DNA from: a virus
Virus record (IMG/VR): IMGVR_UViG_3300009008_000026
Span: 13,907-77,906 of that record
Length of the DNA stretch: 64,000 nt
Reading direction: 5' to 3' (one strand)
The notes below the pieces were generated by a model. The model was not told where the DNA came from. It did no database searches and worked only from the letters and a program-made list of their open reading frames with translations. This document shows, one piece after another, positions 28,776 to 39,055 of the stretch (within the stretch, counting starts at the first letter, position 1; every line of letters starts with the position of its first letter). The position numbers were made by a program, and so were the translations under genes.

Positions 28776-31700
28776 ATGAGTTATTCGACCGACAAGTGGT
28801 TTCGCTATCTACACGAAGGTGAGAAGCCGCAAGAGAAGAGAAAGGCTTCCACTGCGCCTAGTCCCCCCCGCCAGACTCAGCCATACTTTGATCAGGAGAT
28901 TGAAGAGTCGACTAACAGAATGAACATGTTTCTGAGTCAGGTTGATCTCCTCAATGAGATCTCGCCCCAAGAAGCAGATAATGTTATGAACTGGTTCGGT
29001 GATGATTACGACATGCTTTCGTTTGACGATCTGTTTAAGGGTAAGCTACGCAGAGCGATACCACTGCAGTCCGAGGACGCAAAGAAGCTACTGGAAGTGG
29101 TTAACCGCCTCAAGAGCGAAGGTTGGAAAGTTGGTGTCGAGGTTCCATGGGACGGAGGAACACACAATTCAGGAAAGTTCCCAGTAAAGACTGTCAAGCA
29201 GAAAGAACGCCGCAGAGTAGGAGAGCTACCAGCAGGCTTTGGCGAAGTCGACCCAGAGACAAACCCCGATCCGCGACCCGTTGAGGAGTATGAGGTTGAC
29301 ACGGAGGTTGCCGACTTGCGCCTCACGAAGACTCGCACCATCACAATCCCCAAGGGGCCAAGGGCAGGCGAGACTGTTGAGAAGAAAGACGAGACAACAA
29401 TGTCTCGCGCGATCCTCAAGAATAAAAACATGCCAATAGAACTGCAGGATTGGTGGAGAAAGAAACAGGTCTACTATACTAAAGAAGACCAATGGAAACA
29501 GATCGAGCGATTCTTTAAGGAAGATGTTGACAAAGATGATTTAGGGATGATGGCAATCTTGTCTCGCCATCCTCTCGATGTTCTCCGCATGAGCGACATT
29601 GACAAAATCAGGTCTTGCCACAGTGAGGGAGCTTCGGAGTTTCATTGTGCTATAGCCGAAAGTCGAGGACATGGACCGATTGCTTATCTTGTGTCCCCAC
29701 AGCAGTATGAGAAGCTTATGAGCGGAGATCTTGGAGTAGATCCTAGCGTAATAGAAGACATGGAGTTTAGGAAGAGCCTTATAGATACACTCGTAAAAGC
29801 TGAAGGGGCTAGCGTTCGGTGGACCTTTGAGCCTCCCGACGACATCAAACCCTTTTTAAATGATAACGGAGTCTTCTCTGGGAAACGATACGCGAGCGAG
29901 TATTTCATTCCGAAGTACGAAAAGAAGCTCGGAGATCAAAACCTAACACCAGAGAATGTATCAGCCGCCCTTGCCGTAATCTTCCGAGCCTCTAACCCCT
30001 CCGAGCGTCAAGAGATGATGCCGCGATTTGGTTATAGCTATTTAACCTCTAAAGAACAGGCTGACGATTGGCGCTTTAGAATAACCATGGTGGATAGGCT
30101 GACTCATAGCGAAAAGTTTGACCAGTATGGCGAGAAAGACTTTGATAATAAGTGGTCGCAAGCCGCACTTGACGGCGGAGAAATAGACTACGAAGAATAC
30201 GCCAAAGAACACTTCATTCCAAAATACTCACACAGTCTGGGGAACATCTCTGGGTTTGGCCCAGAGTGGCTTACCGTGAAGAATGTCGCTGCAGCAGCCG
30301 AGGCAGTCCATCGACAGAGAGACACTTCAGCCTCGCCAGAACGTGCGATGGATAAGTACGGCTATAAGAGTCCACCCACTCAACCCGTAGGACTAGAGGC
30401 TGAATACGCAGACTACGAACGAAAGAAGAAAGAGTGGGATCAGAAAGAAGAAGCCACCACTTGGTTGAAACAGTATTATGAGAAGTTTCCCAAGGTCGCA
30501 GCCCGCATCGCATCCAGCAACAGGGCAAAGAAGCACGATGATGTTGATCAGGTGATTGATGGCATTCAGGATAGTGACAGTAGCGCCTTCACATCGTTGC
30601 CCACATCTGTTCGCAAGCATCTGAATGACGAATGGTTCATCCGAGCAGCGACAGCAGCAGTTAATAAAGACAACTTCAGTCTCAACGGTTTAAATCTGCA
30701 GCCGCCTCAACCGCCGAAAGCGCCAGAAAAGAAGAAGATTACAGACATTTCCGACTTCGATGATCAAGAGATCTTCAGGGATAAACATCGTGGTATTGAG
30801 GGCATCGGCGCAAGAGCCCGCGTACGATTGCGTAAGTTTGTTGATGATGAAGAGGACATAGAGTTCGCAGTCCCAGAGCAACGCCTCTATGGTTTAAGTG
30901 TTCCTGGGTTTCTTGAGGCCGTACGTAAATGGACTTGGGATGAACAGAAAAACTTGTTCACAGGACCAAATGGAGAGGTCACCATCCCAAATTGGAACGC
31001 GCTTACTCGCCATGGTGGTAGCTACGAAGACTATAGGGACGGGACAATACTTAATAACTTCTTCGCCGAAGGCGGATTCCCTGATGAGTATAGAGATGGC
31101 GTCAACGTATCTCACGATTATGACGAAGCTGAATACGAAAATCGACAGGAAGAGATTTTTCAAGAGGCTGTTGACGAGGTTGAGAACATAGTCAGGGCGT
31201 GGAATGGGAACTTTGAAGCCTGTAGTCTAGACGCAGAAGTAGAGGAGTTTAACGACTATGACGATCAGAACATGGCGCCGTCTGTATCGGCTTGGGGCTC
31301 ATGCCGCATAGCTGTTAGACTACCGAATGCAGTATCGGTCAAGGAAGAGAGCCAAGCAGACCTAGGAGACAGCAGTGTCCCCTACTTTGTCGTTCGATTC
31401 GAAGAGGATTACTTTGAAGACGGCACAGCATCCACAGTCTTCCCAGTATCCTATCACCACAAGTCACCCGGCTCACGCGAAATAGCGGACATGCTCGCTC
31501 GCGATGAAGGAGAAGAAGAGATCTCATGGGATTTAACAATGGATCACGCGTCCGGCGAAGTCTATTTCAATGTTGAATACAGTATACCAGCGGATTACGA
31601 TTATGGCAATGGCCCTGATGTGGCGGAAAATCTAGGTCAATGGCTTCATGACGAATGGGACTCCAAGATCGACGAAATACATGAACAGATTCGCAAGGGA

Positions 31701-33803
31701 CTCGTTGAGTTAGAATACCTTGCGCCATCACATTTTGATAAGAAGGCTGAAGACGAGGACCACGAAAAGTGGGCAGAAGAACTGCGCTATTTCCGCTATC
31801 AGGGCCCCGACGATGACGGAGAGATGTGGTTCACACTCTTCCACGATTCGGGAACCGAGCGCTTCCAGACAACGGACGTTATCGTGCCCTTTGGCTTGGT
31901 CGCGACACGTGGTCAGACACAGATGGCTGCCACTGATGTTGTTGCCATAATTGGCGGCACCGTCGACCGTGATAGTGCCAGAACGCAACACGTAAAACAC
32001 ACAGGACAAGCCAAGAGAGCTTTGGCAGCCGAACTTCGCAGGCTCGAAGCAGAAGCAAACGCTTATGTTGCCCGCCAAATGAACTTTGACTTCGGAGATC
32101 CTAAATACGACAAACCTGAAGATGCGTTTGGAATCGACCTGGCGAAAACAGTGTTCTTTTCGACCTATCTCGTTGAGAACGACAGTCTGTTATCTCCCGA
32201 ACAGCGCGCTCGATTAAAGAGCGACAAAGATCGCTACCTTGGCTTTGGTATGAGGATTACTGTCAAATCAGTTGACACAGAAAAAGAAATCGAGGGTGCT
32301 TTTAAGTTTGTTGAGTACATCGACAAGAACATGGATAGAGTAAAGCTAGCCTTTGAGACAATTTACAAGGAATCCATCGAAGAGTACGAGGAACAGCGAA
32401 AGAAAGTCCTGCAAGCACGCTCGTCCAGAGGCACGATGAGCCAATACATTAACGCCCTCGACACTTACATTCGCAACGTAGGGCCCCCAGAATGGGACTC
32501 CAGAAACCACCACCGCTGGATCCAACGCCTAGCTTCGGCTATGGCGTTTGTTGAGTGGACAGATGATGCGTTCGATCACATGCGCGCATACGAAAAGCGC
32601 GCTTGGATAGAAAACTACCTAAGACCCCTTCAAGCCGGCAACGAAATGGCGTACGAGTTCGAGCCAGATCGTGAAGCGGGCACACCCCGAAACTTTGGGG
32701 AAGCGGCAAGGGCACAGCTAGCAGAAATGGGAGCATCACACAACCAAATAAACTCTTACACATGGGAGGGTCCAAAAACATACCCAGAGATTTATGACAA
32801 GATAGTAAATCCCGCCCAGAAACCAGAAATAGAAGCACCCTCACCCGATGAGGTTGCACAAGCGAGGTCAATTATGGCACAAGGCGACAGAACAGATCCA
32901 GACGCACAACTTGAAGAACAGATCATGAGAGTTCAAAAGCTCACTGAGAAGAAAAGAGATCCATCCCACGACCTTCGCATCTATCGTATGCAGCTTAGTT
33001 GCGGTGTTGTTGATGGTGTCGGTGGAACAGATGCAGAGATCATGGCAGAAATGAGAGGGATCGAAGCGGTGACTACCGTCCGTCCCATTGCTGATTCCAA
33101 ACGACGTATTACCCCAACAGAGATGTTTACCATTTTTGAGGTGAAGTTCGAGCTTCTCGGCTCACAAAGTCGTGTTGATTACCGCGATCAGGTTTTGCTG
33201 CCAGCGGTTAGAAAGATCGCAGGGATTCAGGTTATTAACTGGTCGGCAATCCACAGGACTAACACGCAGGGAACCGTGCGAACTGTGCGCGAAGCCCTCG
33301 AAAAACTACATGAACAAGGCTTTGGTGCAAGCATGGGGTCTACAGTCGGTGGTAAAACTGGGTGGGCAGGCGATATTAGGTTCCCCAACACTCCACCACG
33401 ACCAACACCAACTCCCACACTCGATAGCATTAAAGATGACTGGGTGGATGGCGGTGTACAAGTTTATGATATGCCGACAAACACTAACGAAATGCAGTAT
33501 CACACCATGATGCCTGTGAGCGAGTTGTGGCATCATTGCTCGCGTTACAGCAGGCACCCGCACGAGGTGTTCGATGTTAAACAAAGGCGCTTCGACAGTG
33601 TTTATCAAAGACTAAAAGATAAGCTAGAAGACCCGACAGCCTACCAAGACTTCATTCAGAACGGAGCCAATGGGCCCGTTTATTTGGCTATAGGAAAAAA
33701 TGGTAGAATTAAAATTACAGGGAATGAAGATTTAGTTTGGTTTGCTAAAAAAGCCGGACTCGAAGAGGTGCCAGTGTTCATTAGTTATCAAAGACAGGTG
33801 TAG
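28776..33803 (+). CDS. giant putative virion protein, paralog of 58830..61667, with ParB-like C-terminus
   Basis: DKWFRYLHE N-terminus; RHPLDVLRM/SCHS/CAIAE/RVRLR/AVPE motifs shared with 58830; ACTATTTAT at 28749 and GGAGG. Confidence 0.8.
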   Translation: MSYSTDKWFRYLHEGEKPQEKRKASTAPSPPRQTQPYFDQEIEESTNRMNMFLSQVDLLNEISPQEADNVMNWFGDDYDMLSFDDLFKGKLRRAIPLQSEDAKKLLEVVNRLKSEGWKVGVEVPWDGGTHNSGKFPVKTVKQKERRRVGELPAGFGEVDPETNPDPRPVEEYEVDTEVADLRLTKTRTITIPKGPRAGETVEKKDETTMSRAILKNKNMPIELQDWWRKKQVYYTKEDQWKQIERFFKEDVDKDDLGMMAILSRHPLDVLRMSDIDKIRSCHSEGASEFHCAIAESRGHGPIAYLVSPQQYEKLMSGDLGVDPSVIEDMEFRKSLIDTLVKAEGASVRWTFEPPDDIKPFLNDNGVFSGKRYASEYFIPKYEKKLGDQNLTPENVSAALAVIFRASNPSERQEMMPRFGYSYLTSKEQADDWRFRITMVDRLTHSEKFDQYGEKDFDNKWSQAALDGGEIDYEEYAKEHFIPKYSHSLGNISGFGPEWLTVKNVAAAAEAVHRQRDTSASPERAMDKYGYKSPPTQPVGLEAEYADYERKKKEWDQKEEATTWLKQYYEKFPKVAARIASSNRAKKHDDVDQVIDGIQDSDSSAFTSLPTSVRKHLNDEWFIRAATAAVNKDNFSLNGLNLQPPQPPKAPEKKKITDISDFDDQEIFRDKHRGIEGIGARARVRLRKFVDDEEDIEFAVPEQRLYGLSVPGFLEAVRKWTWDEQKNLFTGPNGEVTIPNWNALTRHGGSYEDYRDGTILNNFFAEGGFPDEYRDGVNVSHDYDEAEYENRQEEIFQEAVDEVENIVRAWNGNFEACSLDAEVEEFNDYDDQNMAPSVSAWGSCRIAVRLPNAVSVKEESQADLGDSSVPYFVVRFEEDYFEDGTASTVFPVSYHHKSPGSREIADMLARDEGEEEISWDLTMDHASGEVYFNVEYSIPADYDYGNGPDVAENLGQWLHDEWDSKIDEIHEQIRKGLVELEYLAPSHFDKKAEDEDHEKWAEELRYFRYQGPDDDGEMWFTLFHDSGTERFQTTDVIVPFGLVATRGQTQMAATDVVAIIGGTVDRDSARTQHVKHTGQAKRALAAELRRLEAEANAYVARQMNFDFGDPKYDKPEDAFGIDLAKTVFFSTYLVENDSLLSPEQRARLKSDKDRYLGFGMRITVKSVDTEKEIEGAFKFVEYIDKNMDRVKLAFETIYKESIEEYEEQRKKVLQARSSRGTMSQYINALDTYIRNVGPPEWDSRNHHRWIQRLASAMAFVEWTDDAFDHMRAYEKRAWIENYLRPLQAGNEMAYEFEPDREAGTPRNFGEAARAQLAEMGASHNQINSYTWEGPKTYPEIYDKIVNPAQKPEIEAPSPDEVAQARSIMAQGDRTDPDAQLEEQIMRVQKLTEKKRDPSHDLRIYRMQLSCGVVDGVGGTDAEIMAEMRGIEAVTTVRPIADSKRRITPTEMFTIFEVKFELLGSQSRVDYRDQVLLPAVRKIAGIQVINWSAIHRTNTQGTVRTVREALEKLHEQGFGASMGSTVGGKTGWAGDIRFPNTPPRPTPTPTLDSIKDDWVDGGVQVYDMPTNTNEMQYHTMMPVSELWHHCSRYSRHPHEVFDVKQRRFDSVYQRLKDKLEDPTAYQDFIQNGANGPVYLAIGKNGRIKITGNEDLVWFAKKAGLEEVPVFISYQRQV

Positions 33804-33806
33804 GGC

Positions 33807-34586
33807 ATGCTACGTACGACATTAAAAAACATAATCGCCGGACTTTTAGGAGGACTCCTGATTGTCGGTACTGTGTATATGTCTTACAAGAGTTCAGAAA
33901 AGTCACTACAACCGCCGTCAGAAGGAGAGATAACAGCAATAGATAACGTAGGCACAGGCTTATCGGATGATGAGCGCGCCACCGTCGTATTATCTCGTGC
34001 GAGCGCTGTTCAAGTTATGTCACTGAAAGTGGCAACTGGGAGAATCGCCGCATCATCTGGCACATATGTGGAGTATGGTGGGAAATACTTTGTCCTCACC
34101 ACTGCTCACGGTGTGGGAGGGCAGTGCTCAGCCACACATATTGCGGTTGATCGAGAGCTATATGACTGCGTAGCGATTACATTTAAAAACATTGTCGATG
34201 ATTGGGCAGTTATTCAAGTTGATCCTCTTCCCAATCGCACTCCCGTCCGTATTCCCGATCAGATTCCTCGACCTCAAGAACTACAGGCTGACTTTGCAAC
34301 ACAAAATACAACCTACTACACGGGATACCCCAATCATGGAGGACCATATACCTTTGACGGTAGAATTGTAGCCTACAGCGAACGCGAGGGAATCTTTATT
34401 GACTCCTACGGCTGGTCCGGCTCTTCTGGATCGGGAGTTTTCTCAGCTAGCGGAAACCTCATTGGGATCGTTATGGGGCTGGAGATCGGGGAAACAAACT
34501 TTGGGACTGCAGTTTTAGAAAATTTCATATGGGTAATCCCTATAACACGTGTCAACTGGACAGTTGTTGGCATTTTCGCGGAGTAA
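33807..34586 (+). CDS. trypsin-like serine protease with N-terminal membrane anchor
   Basis: LTTAHG, DWAVI, GSSGSGVF. Confidence 0.85.
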   Translation: MLRTTLKNIIAGLLGGLLIVGTVYMSYKSSEKSLQPPSEGEITAIDNVGTGLSDDERATVVLSRASAVQVMSLKVATGRIAASSGTYVEYGGKYFVLTTAHGVGGQCSATHIAVDRELYDCVAITFKNIVDDWAVIQVDPLPNRTPVRIPDQIPRPQELQADFATQNTTYYTGYPNHGGPYTFDGRIVAYSEREGIFIDSYGWSGSSGSGVFSASGNLIGIVMGLEIGETNFGTAVLENFIWVIPITRVNWTVVGIFAE

Positions 34587-34593
34587 TATTAGA

Positions 34594-34836
34594 ATGGTCG
34601 ATAAAAACGATAAACCTGATCGTTATCTTGGTATTTTTAACAAGATCGATCACATAGAGAGAAGGATAGTGGAGATAAAAGAGCACATAGCTCAGATTAG
34701 ATCCGCTCATTCGAACATCACTGAAGAGGAGGAGATGTGTCTTGATGAGCTAGAATCTGAAAAAGCCCTCCTTGAAATGGTGAACGTGGTAGCGATTGAT
34801 ACGATTGCAGATACTGAGCCACACGGAAGCGCATAG
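34594..34836 (+). CDS. hypothetical coiled-coil protein
   Basis: ORF between the protease and the next gene. Confidence 0.55.
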   Translation: MVDKNDKPDRYLGIFNKIDHIERRIVEIKEHIAQIRSAHSNITEEEEMCLDELESEKALLEMVNVVAIDTIADTEPHGSA

Positions 34837-35189
34837 TGGTAGACAACGAGACAACGAGCGCGCCCCAGCAAACGGAACCAGAAGACTTGAAGCCCAAGAA
34901 GCCCAGCAACAGGGCTCCTGAAGGCATTAGGACATTTACGGTATGCCGTCGCAACGACGAGACAGGTATTAGTGGAGAGGGAGTAGTCATCGAGGGTGCG
35001 ACTTTCGCGACAGGGCATACAATAATCCACTGGCTAACACCAGCGCCGCGCGGCTCGATTGCATTCTTTGATGCTTTTGATGATTTTATTAAGATACATG
35101 TAACCTCACATCCAAAAAATGGAACAATCATCACGTTTGAAGACGGCGAACAAACTATTTATGATGGAGAGAAGATAGATGAGCTATAA
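34836..35189 (+). CDS. hypothetical phage protein
   Basis: RTFTVCRRNDETGISGEGVVIEG..F..G motif. Confidence 0.7.
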   Translation: MVDNETTSAPQQTEPEDLKPKKPSNRAPEGIRTFTVCRRNDETGISGEGVVIEGATFATGHTIIHWLTPAPRGSIAFFDAFDDFIKIHVTSHPKNGTIITFEDGEQTIYDGEKIDEL

Positions 35190-35706
35190 ATATACTAGCG
35201 GGAGTGTTCGCAGAGGTGACCTCTATTACGAAGATGATCGTGTGGGTTCCCCCACCTATATTGATTTTGGTTACGATACTATTGCCTTGCGACCTAGCGG
35301 ATCAGCTATTCTTTATGCTGAAGATGACGCCGTAGGCATCGGTACGACTACACCAAATTCTACTCTAACTGTTAATGGCTCACTTCAGTTTAAAGTTGGT
35401 CAGTTGAGTGGGAACGCCACCCTTGACGACACTGATCACGTTGCAAGTGTAGATTGCAATTCGGGTAATGTTGTTGTCACGCTGCCTAGCGTTTCGGAAG
35501 AGATGGCTGGGCGTGTATATATTATTAAGCGCGCCGATACTGGCGCCAGTGGTGGTGGAAACTCTCTTATTATTGCCCGCAATGGAGCCAATATTGATGG
35601 AGCCGCCGCCAACCTTAGCGGGATTGCGAACGGCACATGTCACACCCTAATCTGTGTGGGTGGAGCAGGCTGGATCATAGTAAATAAATATGTCGGAGGA
35701 TCTTGA
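35179..35706 (+). CDS. tail-fibre/structural-type beta protein
   Basis: VGIGTTTPNSTLTVNGS; VTLP...GRVYIIK...IDG; ACTATTTAT at 35154. Confidence 0.7.
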   Translation: MSYKYTSGSVRRGDLYYEDDRVGSPTYIDFGYDTIALRPSGSAILYAEDDAVGIGTTTPNSTLTVNGSLQFKVGQLSGNATLDDTDHVASVDCNSGNVVVTLPSVSEEMAGRVYIIKRADTGASGGGNSLIIARNGANIDGAAANLSGIANGTCHTLICVGGAGWIIVNKYVGGS

Positions 35707-35707
35707 T

Positions 35708-36652
35708 ATGTTTCCTATTGATAAATGGTTTAGAATACTGAACGAGGATCGCAACAACCAGCAAGTTTCAAACGAACCTTATCAAAAGGAGGTAAGGAAG
35801 AATTATGTGAAGGACAGAAACACATACTTGAAGGGTGGACCCATACCAACAGACGCCGGCGGATCGGGGTATACTGAAAACCCCCCCAATAGCAGGGCCA
35901 AAAGCGCGCCTCCCATTGGCGAAGAGGTTGAGCCAGAATCATTTGAGATGAATCCTACACTCCAGCCAGACGTTTTTCAGGAGAACGCGATGCTCCCAGA
36001 AGTTCGTGAGCGCCTTGTAGAAATAGCCAAAGACTTCATCGATGGACTGGAAGTTGCAGTTACGATCCAAGATATAAGATTAACAGGCTCGTTAGCGAAC
36101 TACAACTGGTCAAAATACAGCGATGTGGATCTCCATATCATCGTTGACTTTTCAAAAATCGACGAGGACACTCAGTTAGTGAAAGCGTTCTTTGATGCGT
36201 CCAGAGCAAGGTGGAATGACACTCACGACATCTTACTGCATGGGTTTGAGGTAGAGATATATATTGAAAACATAGAAGAGGGTCATCAATCCAGTGGAAT
36301 CTATTCTGTTCTACACAATAAATGGATCATAGAGCCTGCCCCTCAAGATGTTGATATTGATTTTGCGACAGCGCGGAAGAAGAGCGATGATATTGAGACA
36401 CGCACAAACCTTATCGACCACATGATCAGTGCTGGGAAGTACGAATCTTCTCTAAGAAGTATCAAGAAAGTTAAAGAGAAGATAAGAAGAATGAGAAGAG
36501 CAGGACTATCCAGCGCACAAAAAGAATTCTCTGCGGAGAATATCGCTTTTAAAATCTTGCGGCGTAACGGTACACTCGCAAGGTTGTCCCAGATGAACCA
36601 CGACACTTATGATAAAACCATGTCTATGCTTGATGAAAAGGAAGAAGAATGA
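35708..36652 (+). CDS. nucleotidyltransferase (Pol beta superfamily) with the W-motif N-terminus
   Basis: TGSLANYNWSKYSDVDLH, VEIY; N-terminus DKWFRILNE. Confidence 0.8.
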   Translation: MFPIDKWFRILNEDRNNQQVSNEPYQKEVRKNYVKDRNTYLKGGPIPTDAGGSGYTENPPNSRAKSAPPIGEEVEPESFEMNPTLQPDVFQENAMLPEVRERLVEIAKDFIDGLEVAVTIQDIRLTGSLANYNWSKYSDVDLHIIVDFSKIDEDTQLVKAFFDASRARWNDTHDILLHGFEVEIYIENIEEGHQSSGIYSVLHNKWIIEPAPQDVDIDFATARKKSDDIETRTNLIDHMISAGKYESSLRSIKKVKEKIRRMRRAGLSSAQKEFSAENIAFKILRRNGTLARLSQMNHDTYDKTMSMLDEKEEE

Positions 36653-36888
36653 AATTTCGTCCGATTGAGGAAGGGGAGAAGGTATATCCCGGCGAGTATT
36701 TGCTCCACAAGCCGTCGCAGCAGATTGTTATGTGCGGAGCCCTAAAGAGAGAAGAGGGTGTCATCAGAAGCCTTTCTCGCGGGAGACTGTTAGAAGATCG
36801 GATTGAGAACTTCCAAAAAATTCATCTATCCGCCGAAGAACGTAAGAAAAGGAAGTTTAGGAAATCATGTTCAGGCTGTAAGGGTTGA
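36649..36888 (+). CDS. hypothetical protein
   Basis: Coupled ORF with C-terminal CSGC. Confidence 0.6.
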   Translation: MKFRPIEEGEKVYPGEYLLHKPSQQIVMCGALKREEGVIRSLSRGRLLEDRIENFQKIHLSAEERKKRKFRKSCSGCKG

Positions 36889-37112
36889 AAATGAATGATC
36901 CAATTAACTCAATAAAGACTTTTTGTTTGATCCAAATAGAGATTCAGAAAGATCGCGAGCTTAGACTGAGAAGAGGAATAGAAGACAGCATGATTCAAAG
37001 AGAGTTTCTTCAATCTCTCTTAAGGGACTTGGGGCATATTGATGTTTCTGACCCAAAACTTATCGGCAGCCTTCTAAGGGAGATTAAAAAAGAAACCGAG
37101 GGGAGCAAGTGA
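36885..37112 (+). CDS. hypothetical protein
   Basis: Coupled ORF. Confidence 0.55.
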   Translation: MKMNDPINSIKTFCLIQIEIQKDRELRLRRGIEDSMIQREFLQSLLRDLGHIDVSDPKLIGSLLREIKKETEGSK

Positions 37113-37381
37113 CAAAAATATATTGCTATTGTTTGTTTGACAGATCGGGCAACTTTAGGGGCGTATACAGTTCTGCGAACGCTGTTCACCGAGATGCGCT
37201 TAAACTGTGTAATAAAGGGGGAGGAAAAGTTGTTATAGAGGGAACCCAAGGAGACAGCCCAGTCGAAGCTAGTGCCACTGCACTAAGGAATATTCTCAAA
37301 GGAGCCTTTGACGTACAGGTCATCTATACATCGGGCCCCGCGTATCGAGCACATATAATTAAAACAAAACTTAAGGAATAA
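37109..37381 (+). CDS. hypothetical protein
   Basis: Coupled ORF; RBS GGGAG. Confidence 0.6.
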   Translation: MTKIYCYCLFDRSGNFRGVYSSANAVHRDALKLCNKGGGKVVIEGTQGDSPVEASATALRNILKGAFDVQVIYTSGPAYRAHIIKTKLKE

Positions 37382-37382
37382 A

Positions 37383-37631
37383 ATGGAAACCTTTATAGTA
37401 TACGGCATCTCTGATTGCCCTTCCTGCCTTTATGCATGCGCAGACTTAATGGCAAAAGATTATCAATACGTTTTTGTCAATACGGACTTCTCAAAAGATT
37501 ATCGAACTGCACTTTGCAAGAAATTTACTTGGCAAACATTTCCAATTGTGATAAGATCTATAGAGAATAATGAGGAATTTATTGGCGGATACGATGAACT
37601 GAAGGAATGGATAGCGAAAAACACTCGATAA
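37383..37631 (+). CDS. glutaredoxin-like protein
   Basis: CPSC, TFPIV, FIGGYDEL. Confidence 0.85.
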   Translation: METFIVYGISDCPSCLYACADLMAKDYQYVFVNTDFSKDYRTALCKKFTWQTFPIVIRSIENNEEFIGGYDELKEWIAKNTR

Positions 37632-37646
37632 AGTTCTATTTATTAT

Positions 37647-37883
37647 ATGATACTCAAGCGAGGGGATTTAATAAGATGGGTAGTAGATTGGGGAGTGTAT
37701 GCGATATCTACCAAAGGAGAGGCTCACGGCAGATATCCCCAGTATTGTCATGGGATTGTGATAGAAGTGTCGCGAAAAGATCCCAAAGCTGTGGTGGTGT
37801 TTTGTTACGATTGCAAAAACGAGGGGGGCTACACTATTCTCCACTCCTCGCGCGACGAGTTTGAGCTTTTAAGTGAGGGATAG
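37647..37883 (+). CDS. SH3/KOW-like minigene family member
   Basis: LKRGDLIRW...HGIVIEV...FELLSEG; CTATTTAT 3 nt upstream. Confidence 0.65.
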   Translation: MILKRGDLIRWVVDWGVYAISTKGEAHGRYPQYCHGIVIEVSRKDPKAVVVFCYDCKNEGGYTILHSSRDEFELLSEG

Positions 37884-37888
37884 ATAAA

Positions 37889-38164
37889 ATGGAGAAAGCC
37901 CCAATACAAGATGTCATCGAGGCATTAAAGAAAGAGTTTAAAATATGGTATCCCCTTGATTTCCAGCCCAAGCAATCAACCGATGATGGAGGAACTCATG
38001 TTGAAGTATTTATTGAAAGAGAAGTGCCCGACGAGAGACTAGATGGGTGGCTACTGGAGGTTATCCCTTCTGGTAAATATATGGGTTGGCGATTGATTAT
38101 TACAAAAGTTCCATTGGGCTATATTGATTTATTTATAAGAAATGAGAAGAAAAAGGATTGGTAA
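37889..38164 (+). CDS. hypothetical protein
   Basis: ORF with RBS. Confidence 0.6.
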   Translation: MEKAPIQDVIEALKKEFKIWYPLDFQPKQSTDDGGTHVEVFIEREVPDERLDGWLLEVIPSGKYMGWRLIITKVPLGYIDLFIRNEKKKDW

Positions 38165-38512
38165 GTGAAGGTAGGTGATCTAGTGGCACTCCCGCGCAGA
38201 AGAAACAAAGGCATGGGGATCATACTAAGATATAAGGAGAGTTCCGAACGACTGAATCTTCATTTTAAATCTTTGTCATCCCCGTCAGACTACTGGTCGG
38301 GTTCTCGGAACGACAATGGGATGTTTCTAGGTGAAAGTGTGGAGTTTGCTGATGCATTTTTTCTGTTTAATAATTGGACCAACCATCCCCCGCGCATTAA
38401 AACGAAGTTCGTGTACATAAAATGGTTTCAAAAACCTTCTGAATACCACGTTAAAAAGGTTCGACTCGATGAGGGATGGTATCCTTTAGAATGGGTTCAA
38501 AAAATTGAATAG
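38165..38512 (+). CDS. SH3/KOW-like minigene family member
   Basis: MKVGDLVAL...MGIIL...YIKWF. Confidence 0.7.
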   Translation: MKVGDLVALPRRRNKGMGIILRYKESSERLNLHFKSLSSPSDYWSGSRNDNGMFLGESVEFADAFFLFNNWTNHPPRIKTKFVYIKWFQKPSEYHVKKVRLDEGWYPLEWVQKIE

Positions 38513-38524
38513 TATACTTATAAT

Positions 38525-38791
38525 GTGGATAATAGTGAGGATATAGTTTTTGGTGTGGGGGATCTCGTACTTTGCACGTATGATTTATACGAAGGGTATG
38601 CCTATTTTTTCGAGTTGCCTCACGAAGACTATCCTTTTCGAGGAATTATAGTCGAGGTTCAAGAATACACTGAGTTTGCAGATCGTTTTGGCTATGATGA
38701 GCTTTATATAGTTCGCTGCTTTGACGGAAATGAGCGTTTCTTTACCCATAGTGAGCTAAAACTTCTTTCTCATGCTAAAAAAGTTCCTTGA
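38525..38791 (+). CDS. SH3/KOW-like minigene family member
   Basis: FGVGDLVLC...RGIIVEV...ELKLLS. Confidence 0.65.
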   Translation: MDNSEDIVFGVGDLVLCTYDLYEGYAYFFELPHEDYPFRGIIVEVQEYTEFADRFGYDELYIVRCFDGNERFFTHSELKLLSHAKKVP

Positions 38792-38816
38792 CAAAGAACA
38801 GACAGCGTGATAAGTT
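38788..38816 (+). promoter_or_regulatory. sigma70-type promoter
   Basis: TTGACA-17 bp-TAAGTT with TG extension. Confidence 0.55.
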
Positions 38817-38855
38817 AAATATACCATAGCAATAATGCTAATAAGGAGAGAGAGA

Positions 38856-39050
38856 ATGAGCAATAATATACCAAATACTTTGGACAATCTGATCACGCTG
38901 TTGGAAAACACCCGCGATGATTACACTAAATTCTATGATAGCGGAAACGCTAGCGCAGGAACTCGTGTTCGCAAGGTGATGCAAGAGGTTAAGGCCCTCG
39001 CACAAGAAACTCGCTTGCATGTGCAAGAGACTAAAAATAACAATACTTAA
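38856..39050 (+). CDS. histone H1-like (Hc1 family) protein
   Basis: KFYDSGNASAGTRVRKVMQEVK..AQE.R..VQ signature. Confidence 0.75.
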   Translation: MSNNIPNTLDNLITLLENTRDDYTKFYDSGNASAGTRVRKVMQEVKALAQETRLHVQETKNNNT

Positions 39051-39055
39051 TGACA

